Shown here piece by piece: positions 37,083 to 46,191 of a stretch of DNA of 58,046 nucleotides. The translations under genes and the position numbers were made by a program. The stretch is taken from contig SBHG01000117.1 in the NCBI GenBank assembly GCA_006226305.1, positions 1 to 58,046 of the forward strand, in the 5' to 3' direction. Each line of letters starts with the position of its first letter. Position 1 is the first letter of the stretch. A model generated the notes under the pieces. That model did no database searches, had not been told where the DNA came from, and worked only from the letters and a program-made list of their open reading frames with translations. This stretch comes from Alphaproteobacteria bacterium. Lineage in GTDB: Bacteria > Pseudomonadota > Alphaproteobacteria > M2410.

Positions 37083-38636
37083 TCACGGATCTGGGTGCGT
37101 GGTGCTCGAGCTTGAGCCCGACGTTGCGGCCTCCACCGCCGCCAAAGCCGCAAGCGACAAGCGCTTATTATGTGTGCGGGAGAGCGCTTCAGTGAGCACT
37201 TCTCTCGCCTCGTCCATCTTGCCCAATGCCAGAAGTGTTTCACCGAGCAACTCATGGCTCGGTTTGGCGGGTGCGGGAGGGCCGTAACCAAAAGGCAGTG
37301 TGGCCTCCAGATCTGCGGCTTGACGCATAAGGGTCAGTGCCTTGCTGGTCTGACCGCGAGCCAAGGCCATCGCGCCTTCCAATTGCAAGGCTTCGACTTT
37401 GATCTCCGCGCGGGTCGGATCGTTGGCGGCTACACCATTGGCGTCCCACTCTTTTTCCATCGCATTATGAATTTGTCGAAGTTGACGCAGCGCTCCATCG
37501 GCAGCATCTAGGTTACCTGTTTTCAGGGCGATCCAGCCGTTTGCCAAGGTCATGTTTTGCCGGAAACCAATGGCGTCGGTGTTGACATTTGTCATGGCCG
37601 CAACATCGCCGTCCCACTCACCGGTATCGATCATGTAGAGCAATCGCTGCCAGGAAAAATAGAAGGCAAGCGACCGCGATGGCTCATCGACGGACGCATT
37701 CTGGGCGCAGAGGACCATAAGGTCATGCGCTTCTTCGCGCATACCCTTTTGCAAGTAACCATACATCAGCCAGGACGAAGCGTGGCCGCACCCTGCATCC
37801 ATCTTACCGTTCTCACGCCGCTTTTTGTTGATGAGGGCCGTGGAGCGCAAATTTGCTCTTATGACGCCATCCCAATCGCCAAGCGCCAGATAAATATGGC
37901 TCGTCATGTGTTGTGCATGGGCTGCGTTGGGAGCAATGTCGCCATAAGCATTGGCCGCATCGAGCCCAAGCGGTGCGTGAATGGGATCGTCCGTCGAGTG
38001 AATAAGGTAATGGGCGAGACCGGGGTGGTTTGGATAAAGGGGGCGAAAGCGCTCCATGATCGCTGCGGCTTGCATATAGGTTGCGAAGTTGCGCCCCTCA
38101 TGATCTGTCGCCATGATGGACAGTCCGTAGAATGCAGCAATCTCCACGTTATCTGGATATTTCTCGTAAAGCTCTTTCATCACGAGCCGATAGCGGTCGT
38201 CGCAGGTTTCTTTTTCAGCATCGCAATATAGCGTGTCAATGGCGCGAAAGAGGTCTTTGGCAAACTCCGTCGGGGCTTTTTGTTGTCGTGCGTCTGGTGT
38301 TTCGGCATATGCATTCAAAATTTCGAGCGCTGCCTCTTTGTCCTGATACCACCAAAGTGGGTGATTGTGAGTCATGGCTTCGCCCCAATAGGCGAGAGCA
38401 AAATCAGGGTCGATGTCGCGGGCTTTCTTAAAAGCCTCTTCCGCGTCATCAAATTCAAAATTATGAAGTTGGGCCAGGCCATGGTGGAAATCCTGTTGGG
38501 CTTTCCGCGCACCAGAATTGGCCATGTATACCTCTCCAACATCATCAAGTTTAAGCCTCGGCTTGGCCGCCTGAGCGGTTGCGGTGTAAAAACAGAAAAT
38601 GAGCGATATAAGTATGAGATGAAGATGTCGCGCCAT
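37083..38636 (-). CDS. Secreted helical/TPR-like repeat protein of unknown function
   Basis: 517-aa ORF with a signal peptide (LISLIFCFYTATAQA) and TPR-like helices at both ends (FDDAEEAFKKARDIDPDFALAYW; GKMDEAREVLTEAL). Confidence 0.55.
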   Translation of the reverse strand: MARHLHLILISLIFCFYTATAQAAKPRLKLDDVGEVYMANSGARKAQQDFHHGLAQLHNFEFDDAEEAFKKARDIDPDFALAYWGEAMTHNHPLWWYQDKEAALEILNAYAETPDARQQKAPTEFAKDLFRAIDTLYCDAEKETCDDRYRLVMKELYEKYPDNVEIAAFYGLSIMATDHEGRNFATYMQAAAIMERFRPLYPNHPGLAHYLIHSTDDPIHAPLGLDAANAYGDIAPNAAHAQHMTSHIYLALGDWDGVIRANLRSTALINKKRRENGKMDAGCGHASSWLMYGYLQKGMREEAHDLMVLCAQNASVDEPSRSLAFYFSWQRLLYMIDTGEWDGDVAAMTNVNTDAIGFRQNMTLANGWIALKTGNLDAADGALRQLRQIHNAMEKEWDANGVAANDPTRAEIKVEALQLEGAMALARGQTSKALTLMRQAADLEATLPFGYGPPAPAKPSHELLGETLLALGKMDEAREVLTEALSRTHNKRLSLAALAAVEAATSGSSSSTTHPDP

Positions 38637-38902
38637 AACTCAAAGCCCCTTTGTTCTTGACCAATGAACTTTAAACCTTATGGCCAAAGTGATTTGTGTT
38701 GAAGAAAATAGTTTCCATACGGCACGTGGCTCAGGACCTGCTGGTGATGCGCGCGCCGTCCAACTGCCTCCAGACCGGTTCGAAGGCGGCCCTTGTGCGA
38801 TCGTGTAATGGGCCGCAGAGCCAAAGGGAAAAGTCGTTGTTGGCGGCCATGATGAGTGGGCAGGTGGAGGTCATTCGCCGCCGGGGCCTTGCATCAATTT
38901 AG

Positions 38903-38933
38903 TTGACCTTCCTGTAAGGGGAGGGATTAATAT
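38903..38933 (+). promoter_or_regulatory. Possible MerR/CueR-type promoter (19-bp spacer with imperfect dyad) upstream of the metal-efflux genes
   Basis: TTGACC, then 19 nt, then TAATAT. The spacer contains ACCTTCC-N7-GGAGGGA, which resembles the E. coli copA operator ACCTTCC-N7-GGAAGGT (from memory). Caveat: the GGAGGG could instead be the RBS of the ATG at 38940, which lies only 6 nt after the putative -10. Confidence 0.25.
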
Positions 38934-38939
38934 GGTTCT

Positions 38940-39347
38940 ATGAATTTTATCGCTCTCATATGGTTTTCGCTGCATTTGACGCTGATGCCGGTTTGCGCCC
39001 CCGCCTTGGGGAGCGGTGACCACGGCGCTCGGCATGGCGAAATGTCCGGGCACATGATGCCGGAGGAGGCCTCACCACATGCCAGGACAATGCCCGGGTC
39101 CGGAGGCAGTGATTGCGACCATTGCGATCGGCATCCAGCTGGTCCCGAGGCGATAAGCTGTCTGTCTCAGGCGTCAATAACGCCAACCCCATCTCTTGCT
39201 GGCGCGCCGGTCTGGCCAGCGCCCATCGTAGAGAGCTTTTCCATGCAGGTTCAGCCGCAGCGGGCTGTGAGGGTTTATCCACCACCCCCAGACATGGCTG
39301 TCGACGACAGGCCCCTTTGGTTATCCACCCGCCGCCTTCGCATTTGA
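38940..39347 (+). CDS. Small His/Met/Cys-rich hypothetical protein (possible periplasmic metal-binding accessory)
   Basis: 135-aa ORF with a hydrophobic N-terminus and the stretch GDHGARHGEMSGHMMPEEASPHARTMPGSGGSDCDHCDRHP. It lies immediately upstream of cusB-like. I recognise no family. Confidence 0.4.
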   Translation: MNFIALIWFSLHLTLMPVCAPALGSGDHGARHGEMSGHMMPEEASPHARTMPGSGGSDCDHCDRHPAGPEAISCLSQASITPTPSLAGAPVWPAPIVESFSMQVQPQRAVRVYPPPPDMAVDDRPLWLSTRRLRI

Positions 39348-39440
39348 GTTCTGACAGATATTGGCGCCCGCTTTGCGGGGGCAACGGTCGACATTTAGCT
39401 CGGCCGCTCGATTTGGAGAAGATCTGTCAGGACTAGAAAG

Positions 39441-41006
39441 ATGCGTTTTAAAAATATTGCTGCAGTGGCAACAGGTTTGGCAATAGTTGCCGTTATTGCT
39501 TATTGGGCGGGTAGTCAGCGAGCACCGCAAGCCGACAAGGAACAAGCCGCCGGGCGCGAGGTTGCCTATTGGGTGGCGCCCATGGACCCCAATTACAAAA
39601 GGGACAAGCCGGGTAAATCCCCTATGGGAATGGATCTGATACCGGTCTATGCCGATGAGGCAATGGCGGATGGAGTGGTTACCATTTCACCGACCACCCA
39701 AAACAATATCGGTGTACGCCTCGGCTCGGTGACACGAGGCCCCCTGTCGCGAGAAATCAAGACGGTCGGTTTCATCGGCTATGACGAAACAAAATTGTCC
39801 CATGTCCATATGCGGGCTGACGGGTGGATCGAAAATTTGGTCACCAAAACACTTGGGGAAACGGTCCAGCAAGGCGATTTGCTGTTTCGCATTTATGCGC
39901 CACAGCTCGTGGTCGCCCAATCGGACTATGTTCTGGCTTTGAACCGCCAGGAAAAGCAATATATCGAAACAGCATCCGAGCAATTGACCCTGCTCGGGTT
40001 TCGTCAGCACCAGATCGATGGGCTCAGGCAGTCCCGCAAGGTCTCCCAATTAGTAGATGTCTATGCGGCGCAGGGTGGAGTGATTACCGATCTGAATGTG
40101 GCGGAAAATATGTATGTGACACCCGCGACCACGATCCTGACCATTGCCGACCTTTCGACTGTCTGGGTCATGGCGGATGTGTTTGAAGATCAGGCGGCAC
40201 TCCTAAAAACCGGTCTTAAGGCCCGCGTCAATCTTGCCTTCGATGCCGGCACGTCCATCCACGGCTTGGTGGATTATGTTTATCCTGTGGTGGATCCCGA
40301 AACACACACCGTCAAAGTCCGGCTCAAGGTTGACAATGCAGCCGGAACCCTCAAACCCAACATGTTCACGGATGTCACAATCTTCGGTGAACCGGAGGCA
40401 GACGCTTTGCGTGTTCCAAAGGACGCGCTTATCCGCACGGGCGCCTCATCGCGGGTAATTGTTGCGCTGGGGGACGGCCGGTTTGAGCCGCGCGAGGTGA
40501 AGATTGGGGCAGTGACCGCCGACGCGATTGAAATTAAGGATGGTCTTCGTGAGGGTGAAAAGATTGTTTTGTCCGGTCAGTTCCTGATCGATTCAGAGGC
40601 CAGTCTTTCTGCCGGTTTCCGGCGAATGTCGGAGACAGCCACAACGTCGGCCACTATGGATATGGATGATCCGGCCCCTGAGATGGGTGATGAATCCATG
40701 GCTGCGGAGATGTCCATGGCCGGGGAGATGAAAGAGGGTGATCCAGCCATGGCGGCCCCGGTCACCGGCACCGGTACCGTCAATTCAGTCATGCCGGCCC
40801 ATCACATGATCAACCTTACGCACGATCCTATTCCCGCTATTGGCTGGCCAACCATGACCATGGATTTCAACGTGTCCGAGGAGATTGATCTATCGCGCTT
40901 TGATGCTGGAGACCAGGTTCACTTTGAACTTGCCAAGGGCGACGATGGATTCTTTTTTATAGTCGCGCTTCACCAGACCGATGCCATGCACATGGAGGGC
41001 CATTAG
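39441..41006 (+). CDS. cusB: Heavy-metal efflux RND periplasmic adaptor (CusB-like) with a C-terminal CusF-like domain
   Basis: 521-aa ORF. It has an N-terminal degenerate metal-binding segment (YWVAPMDPNYKRDKPGKSPMGMDLIPVY) and an MFP core. A Met/Asp/Glu-rich linker spans aa ~395-442. The CusF-type fold follows (VNSVMPAHHMINLTHDPIPAIGWPTMTMDFNV...GDQVHFEL). Confidence 0.85.
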   Translation: MRFKNIAAVATGLAIVAVIAYWAGSQRAPQADKEQAAGREVAYWVAPMDPNYKRDKPGKSPMGMDLIPVYADEAMADGVVTISPTTQNNIGVRLGSVTRGPLSREIKTVGFIGYDETKLSHVHMRADGWIENLVTKTLGETVQQGDLLFRIYAPQLVVAQSDYVLALNRQEKQYIETASEQLTLLGFRQHQIDGLRQSRKVSQLVDVYAAQGGVITDLNVAENMYVTPATTILTIADLSTVWVMADVFEDQAALLKTGLKARVNLAFDAGTSIHGLVDYVYPVVDPETHTVKVRLKVDNAAGTLKPNMFTDVTIFGEPEADALRVPKDALIRTGASSRVIVALGDGRFEPREVKIGAVTADAIEIKDGLREGEKIVLSGQFLIDSEASLSAGFRRMSETATTSATMDMDDPAPEMGDESMAAEMSMAGEMKEGDPAMAAPVTGTGTVNSVMPAHHMINLTHDPIPAIGWPTMTMDFNVSEEIDLSRFDAGDQVHFELAKGDDGFFFIVALHQTDAMHMEGH

Positions 41007-41007
41007 A

Positions 41008-44000
41008 ATGCTGGCGGCAATTATCCGCTGGTCGATTGCCAATCGGCTCGTTGTGATCTTGTTCACGGCGTTGTTCGTTGGCTGGGGCATCTGGTCGGCG
41101 CGGCAAACACCCCTCGATGCCATTCCGGACCTGTCGGATGTACAGGTTATTGTCAAAACATCTTGGCCGGGTCAGGCCCCGCAGGTTGTAGAAGATCAGG
41201 TGACCTACCCGTTGACGACAGCCTTGTTGTCGGTACCCGGTGCGGTCAATGTCCGCGGCTATTCCTTTTTTGGTGACAGCTACGTCTATGTGATTTTCAA
41301 AGATGGGACTGATCTTTATTGGGCGCGCGCGCGGGTGTTGGAATACTTGAGCCAGGTGGCGCCGAGGCTGCCATCCGATGCTCGGCCCGCTTTGGGGCCA
41401 GATGCCACCGGTGTTGGCTGGATCTATCAATACGCATTGATAGACCGCACCGGGGCTCATGATCTGGCGTCCTTGCGCGCGACACAGGATTGGTTCTTGA
41501 AGTTTGAACTGCAAAGTGTGCCAGGGGTTTCGGAGGTGGCGACCATCGGCGGCATGGTCAAGCAGTATCAGGTTGTCGTGGATCCCAACAAACTGCGTGT
41601 TTTCAACATACCGCTATCCCAGGTTCACAAAGCCATGAGCGGCGGCAATCGGGAGACCGGTGGTTCAGTGCTCGAAATGGCGGAGGCCGAATATATGGTT
41701 CGCGCGTCGGGCTACATCACCAGTCGAGAGGAGCTTGAAAATATCCCGCTGATGACAACGCCGCGCGGCACGCCAATACTTCTCAAAGATGTAGCGGATG
41801 TGCGTCTGGGGCCTGAGCTAAGACGCGGCATTGGCGAACTTAATGGCGAAGGTGAAGCCGTTGGCGGTATCATCATCATGCGTTCCGGCGAAAATGCTCT
41901 GACCACTATTAGTGCGGTGAAGGAAAGGTTGAACCGGCTCAAAGAGAGCTTGCCCGAGGGGGTTGAGATTGTCGAAACCTATGATCGCTCTGCACTAATC
42001 GAGCGGGCTGTCGACAATCTTTTGCACAAACTTCTGGAAGAATTTCTCATTGTGGCGCTTGTCTGCACGCTGTTTCTTTTTCATTTCCGTTCGTCGCTGG
42101 TGATTATCCTCAGCCTGCCTGTTGGTGTGCTTGCCGCGGTGATGGCAATGAACCTCCAGGGCATCAACGCCAATATCATGTCGCTTGGCGGGATTGCGAT
42201 CGCCGTTGGCGCCATGGTGGATGCGGCGATCGTCATGGTGGAAAATGTGCACAAGCATGGGGAGCGCGAACCGCTCACCAAAGAAAATCGCTGGCGCATT
42301 GTCAGCGACGCGGCCGTTGAAGTGGGGCCGTCGCTCTTCTTCTCACTTCTGATTATCACGCTCAGTTTCACGCCAATTTTTGCCCTTCAAGCACAGGAAG
42401 GCCGTATGTTCTCACCGCTTGCCTATACTAAGACCTATGCCATGGCGGCGGCTTCAATCCTGTCAATTACCCTTGTACCCGTGATGATGGGGTTTTTCAT
42501 CCGCGGCCGAATTCGCGAAGAAAAGGACAACCCAGTCAGCCGTTGGCTAATGCGGGTCTATCGCCCAGCCCTCAATTTTGCCCTCAAACGCCCTTGGGCG
42601 GTGATCGGACTGGCGGGATTTCTTTTGCTGAGCGCCCTCTGGCCGCTGAGTCGGCTCGGCGGTGAGTTCATGCCTGAACTTGACGAAGGGGATCTTCTTT
42701 ATATGCCGAGCGCCTTTCCGGCAATTTCGGTAGCTGAAGCTGGCGAACTCCTGCAGCTGACCAATCGATTGATCAAGACTGTGCCGGAAGTGGAAACAGT
42801 CTACGGCAAAGCGGGACGGGCAGAAACCGCGACCGATCCGGCGCCGCTGACCATGATCGAAACCACCATCCGATTAAAGCCTCAAAACGAGTGGCGCCCC
42901 GGGGTCACCATGGACAGCTTGAAAGAGGAGCTTGATGCCCTGGTTCAGATCCCCAGCCTTACTAATGTCTGGATCCAACCGATCAAAAACCGGATCGACA
43001 TGCTGGCCACCGGCATCAAAACGCCAGTGGGCATCAAGATTGCAGGCCCGGACCTGGCCGTCATTGGAGCAATCGGCGAAGAGATTGAAAAGCTGGTCGA
43101 ACAGGTGCCAGGCGCTTCCTCTGTTTATGCGGAGCGGGTGACCGGCGGGCGGTTTATTGATGTCGACATCAATCGGGCGCAGGCTGCTCGTTTTGGCCTT
43201 AACATTGATGATGTACAGGCAATCGTCCGCACAGCGATCGGTGGCATGGAGGTAACTCAAAGCGTCGAAGCTCGGGAGCGATACCCGGTCAATCTGCGCT
43301 ACCCTCGGACCTATCGCAGTTCTGTGGAAGCTCTTCAGGAGCTACCGATTGTGACCCCTGGGGGCGCGCAGATTAGTCTTGGCCAGGTGGCGCGGGTGTC
43401 GATTTCCGATGGGCCGGGTATGATCCGTAGCGAAAATGCCCGTCCCAATGGCTGGATTTATGTGGACATTCAGGACCGCGATCTGGGCTCCTTCGTTGCC
43501 GAAGCGCGTCAAAGAGTTTCTGAAGAGGTTGAGCTACCGGCGGGCTATTCCATATCCTGGTCAGGGCAGTATGAATATCTCGAAAGGGCCAAAGAGAGAC
43601 TGGCGCTGGTGGTGCCGGTGACGCTGGGGGTCATCGTGCTTCTCTTGTTTTTGCACTTCCGCTCCTTTACGGCAGTGGCCATTGTTTTGGGAACACTGCC
43701 GTTAGCGCTCGTCGGGGGGGTCTGGCTGCTCTATTTCCTGGGCTACAATATGTCGATTGCTGTCGGCGTTGGCTTTATAGCGCTTGCCGGTGTTGCCGTG
43801 GAAATTGGCGTTCTGATGATTGTCTATCTCAATCAGGCCTGGGTGCGGTTGCAGGAAAGATCGGCCTCTGGTGAGCGTGTGACGGTTGCGCAGGCCGCAA
43901 TTGAAGGGGCGCTGCAACGCGTTCGGCCGATCATGATGACGGTGTCGGTGATTATTGCCGGGTTACTTCCGATTATGGTCGGCTCCGGGACAGGATCCGA

Positions 44001-44139
44001 AGTGATGCGGCGGATCGCGGCGCCCATGGTTGGCGGCATGGTGAGCGCGACGCTTTTGGCGCTAGTGGTTATCCCGGCAGCCTTTGTGCTTTGGAAGGAC
44101 CGGCCGCGCTCAATGGCGGTAAATGGCGATGAAAGTTGA
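41008..44139 (+). CDS. cusA: Heavy-metal (Cu/Ag-type) efflux RND pump CusA-like
   Basis: The ATG at 41008 lies 2 nt after the cusB stop, and the ORF track start at 40981 overlaps cusB. It is about 1043 aa with 12 TM segments. The N-terminus IIRWSIANRLVVILFTALFVGWGIWS...PLDAIPDLSDVQVIV is typical of CusA/CzcA. Confidence 0.93.
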   Translation: MLAAIIRWSIANRLVVILFTALFVGWGIWSARQTPLDAIPDLSDVQVIVKTSWPGQAPQVVEDQVTYPLTTALLSVPGAVNVRGYSFFGDSYVYVIFKDGTDLYWARARVLEYLSQVAPRLPSDARPALGPDATGVGWIYQYALIDRTGAHDLASLRATQDWFLKFELQSVPGVSEVATIGGMVKQYQVVVDPNKLRVFNIPLSQVHKAMSGGNRETGGSVLEMAEAEYMVRASGYITSREELENIPLMTTPRGTPILLKDVADVRLGPELRRGIGELNGEGEAVGGIIIMRSGENALTTISAVKERLNRLKESLPEGVEIVETYDRSALIERAVDNLLHKLLEEFLIVALVCTLFLFHFRSSLVIILSLPVGVLAAVMAMNLQGINANIMSLGGIAIAVGAMVDAAIVMVENVHKHGEREPLTKENRWRIVSDAAVEVGPSLFFSLLIITLSFTPIFALQAQEGRMFSPLAYTKTYAMAAASILSITLVPVMMGFFIRGRIREEKDNPVSRWLMRVYRPALNFALKRPWAVIGLAGFLLLSALWPLSRLGGEFMPELDEGDLLYMPSAFPAISVAEAGELLQLTNRLIKTVPEVETVYGKAGRAETATDPAPLTMIETTIRLKPQNEWRPGVTMDSLKEELDALVQIPSLTNVWIQPIKNRIDMLATGIKTPVGIKIAGPDLAVIGAIGEEIEKLVEQVPGASSVYAERVTGGRFIDVDINRAQAARFGLNIDDVQAIVRTAIGGMEVTQSVEARERYPVNLRYPRTYRSSVEALQELPIVTPGGAQISLGQVARVSISDGPGMIRSENARPNGWIYVDIQDRDLGSFVAEARQRVSEEVELPAGYSISWSGQYEYLERAKERLALVVPVTLGVIVLLLFLHFRSFTAVAIVLGTLPLALVGGVWLLYFLGYNMSIAVGVGFIALAGVAVEIGVLMIVYLNQAWVRLQERSASGERVTVAQAAIEGALQRVRPIMMTVSVIIAGLLPIMVGSGTGSEVMRRIAAPMVGGMVSATLLALVVIPAAFVLWKDRPRSMAVNGDES

Positions 44140-44225
44140 AGGCAATTCGGTGCCGGACACGAACAATGACAGGTACGTCGTCTAGATCCACATTGCAGCA
44201 TGCGGCCGGTCCGCCACCGCTTCGT

Positions 44226-45299
44226 TCAAGAAGCCAAATTTAGTAACCAGGACACAATAAGGACTTGCGGAAGGGTAAGCAGGGGAAGAAACAGGCTAAT
44301 TTTCCAGGAACCTGTTGTCTCTCTTAAAACCATTATTTCAGTGTAGTCCGTTGAAACGCCGGTCATTAAAAAAGCAAATCCATTGCCGGGGGCACCGGCT
44401 CTGGCCAACAGGTCTGCTGCGATTGGAGCACTGCCTTCTGAACAAACTTCCATAATGGTTGCCACAAGAACCGTGAGACCAAGTCCCGTGAGAGTGGGCC
44501 CGAACCAGGTTTGCAGGCTTTCGGTCTCAATGAAGGCACGAACAAGGCTGGCAAGTACAATTCCGAAGAAAATCCAGCGTAGGACCATCCTCGACTCACG
44601 GAGTCCATCGGTTATCATTGATTTCAGCCAGTCAAAATCGATCCGCGTATTTGCCAAGCCCGATCTGGCGTCTCTCCAAAAATCAAAATCTTCTGGAAGG
44701 TCGATCTCCGATGGGTTCGGTGGCAGAATTTTTCTGTCAACAAGCAGATCAAACAAAAGTCCGGCGGATATTGCGATTGCCATGGAGAGGGCGATGAAGG
44801 CAAGGGTCCACTTCAGACCGATAAGGGCAATCAGCACAAGGGTAAGGGAGAAAGAGTTCCAGGGACTAGCAATCAGGAAGGCCATGACTTGCCCCGCGCT
44901 TGCACCTCGCTCGTACAACTTCGCGCCCACCATTAAAATTCCATGACTGCACAAGTCGAGAAGCACCCCTCCAAGGGTCGCCCTTACAATGCCTGAGATG
45001 CCGCCTCCCCGGCCGAGGATCGCGATCACAAATTCCCGGGGTATTTTGCTCAGCCCCGCAACCATCACAATGCCAATCGCAATTCCCCACCAGACGGTGT
45101 TGATAAGGTCAAAGACGGCAATGGACATGCCAAAAAGCCAGGCGATGGAAGAAATTTGATCTTTAAAAAGCCAGGCCAGAGCGTATAGAACGCCGATGAC
45201 TGAAAGCGAGCTCCACAAAAGGAGGTCGAACTTAGCTTTCTCGTCGCCGTGATGATGCGCGGAATGAGAAAGTTTTGTGTGGGACTGATTGTCAGGCAT
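44226..45299 (-). CDS. DUF318/ArsP-type predicted permease with a His-rich N-terminus
   Basis: The likely start is the ATG at 45299 (MPDNQSHTKLSHSAHHHGDEK). The longer ORF to 45515 would overlap the upstream regulator. There are two repeated halves, each with a Cys motif (DLCSHG..., EVCSEGSAPIAADL). Confidence 0.72.
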   Translation of the reverse strand: MPDNQSHTKLSHSAHHHGDEKAKFDLLLWSSLSVIGVLYALAWLFKDQISSIAWLFGMSIAVFDLINTVWWGIAIGIVMVAGLSKIPREFVIAILGRGGGISGIVRATLGGVLLDLCSHGILMVGAKLYERGASAGQVMAFLIASPWNSFSLTLVLIALIGLKWTLAFIALSMAIAISAGLLFDLLVDRKILPPNPSEIDLPEDFDFWRDARSGLANTRIDFDWLKSMITDGLRESRMVLRWIFFGIVLASLVRAFIETESLQTWFGPTLTGLGLTVLVATIMEVCSEGSAPIAADLLARAGAPGNGFAFLMTGVSTDYTEIMVLRETTGSWKISLFLPLLTLPQVLIVSWLLNLAS

Positions 45300-45463
45300 A
45301 ACTGACCTTTCGCCGCAATCAACGAACATTACATGAGTTTTTAAGGAACCCGAAAACTCATTATAGCACGCTAGGGCTTCCATTCGCTGTAAGGTCAAGG
45401 GGGTGGGCCGCGCCCCCCCCCGGTGTCTGGCGACCCTGCTTACGGTTTTCCAATCAACGAATA

Positions 45464-46021
45464 CTAAATGGTTGGTGGGGTGCAGGCTGTGATGAGCTCG
45501 CAGACTTCTCCACATTTGTTTCTAAAACTATGAGGTTGATCGCTTTTAAAATAATAAGCATCCCCTGGCCTTAAGGTTTGGGTGAGCGTTCCAACCGTAA
45601 CGGTCAATTCCCCCTTCAATATGATGCCGCCCTCCTCGCCGGTGTGCCGCAGGGCGTGGCGCCCCGTGGAGCTTCCTGGTTGGTATCGTTCGTAAAGGAT
45701 TTGAATGGCCTTGCTCATCATATCTCTGCCCACCTGGCGGTAGGAGACGCCCCCTTCAGATATTTCCTTAAGCTCGCTGGCAAGAAAGAAGATTTTTTCT
45801 TCATTGGCAGGAAGATCATCTCCAAAAAATTCGCCCAGGCTAAAGTCAACGGCACCCAGAATCTTTTTTAAAACGCCGACCGTGGGGTTTAGAGCCCCGG
45901 ACTCAATCTGCGAAATTGTGGCGTTCGCAACGCCGGCGCGCGCTGCCAATTTCCTTTGTGAAAGACCTCTTGCTGTGCGTACCGCTTTGAGCTTGAGACC
46001 GATACCGTCCTGGTCGTCCAT
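45464..46021 (-). CDS. XRE-family HTH regulator with a C-terminal cupin sensor domain
   Basis: 185-aa ORF with an HTH (LKAVRTARGLSQRKLAARAGVANATISQIESG) and a cupin domain (GEEGGIILKGELTVTV...GDAYYF...PHSFRN). It is divergent from the aminotransferase. Confidence 0.88.
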   Translation of the reverse strand: MDDQDGIGLKLKAVRTARGLSQRKLAARAGVANATISQIESGALNPTVGVLKKILGAVDFSLGEFFGDDLPANEEKIFFLASELKEISEGGVSYRQVGRDMMSKAIQILYERYQPGSSTGRHALRHTGEEGGIILKGELTVTVGTLTQTLRPGDAYYFKSDQPHSFRNKCGEVCELITACTPPTI

Positions 46022-46191
46022 GATCGCTTCCTACTTGCCTGAATCTGAAGAATGTTTAGTATATTAAACAAAAATACAAAAAAAGACAATAAATACAATA
46101 AGATAAGATAAGCAACAAAACGGCTTGTTTAACATCTTAGGGCTCATGCATTGTTGCAGCATTCCCATTTGCCGCGTTTTTAAGAGGTGCC

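Noticed and set aside
40957-41514. 185-aa minus-strand ORF spanning the cusB/cusA junction
   Set aside because: It is antisense to two strongly supported genes and has an Arg/Pro-rich shadow-frame composition.
45300-45515. N-terminal 72-codon extension of the permease ORF
   Set aside because: It would overlap the 3' end of the XRE-cupin regulator. The hydrophobic core and His-rich head begin at the ATG at 45299.
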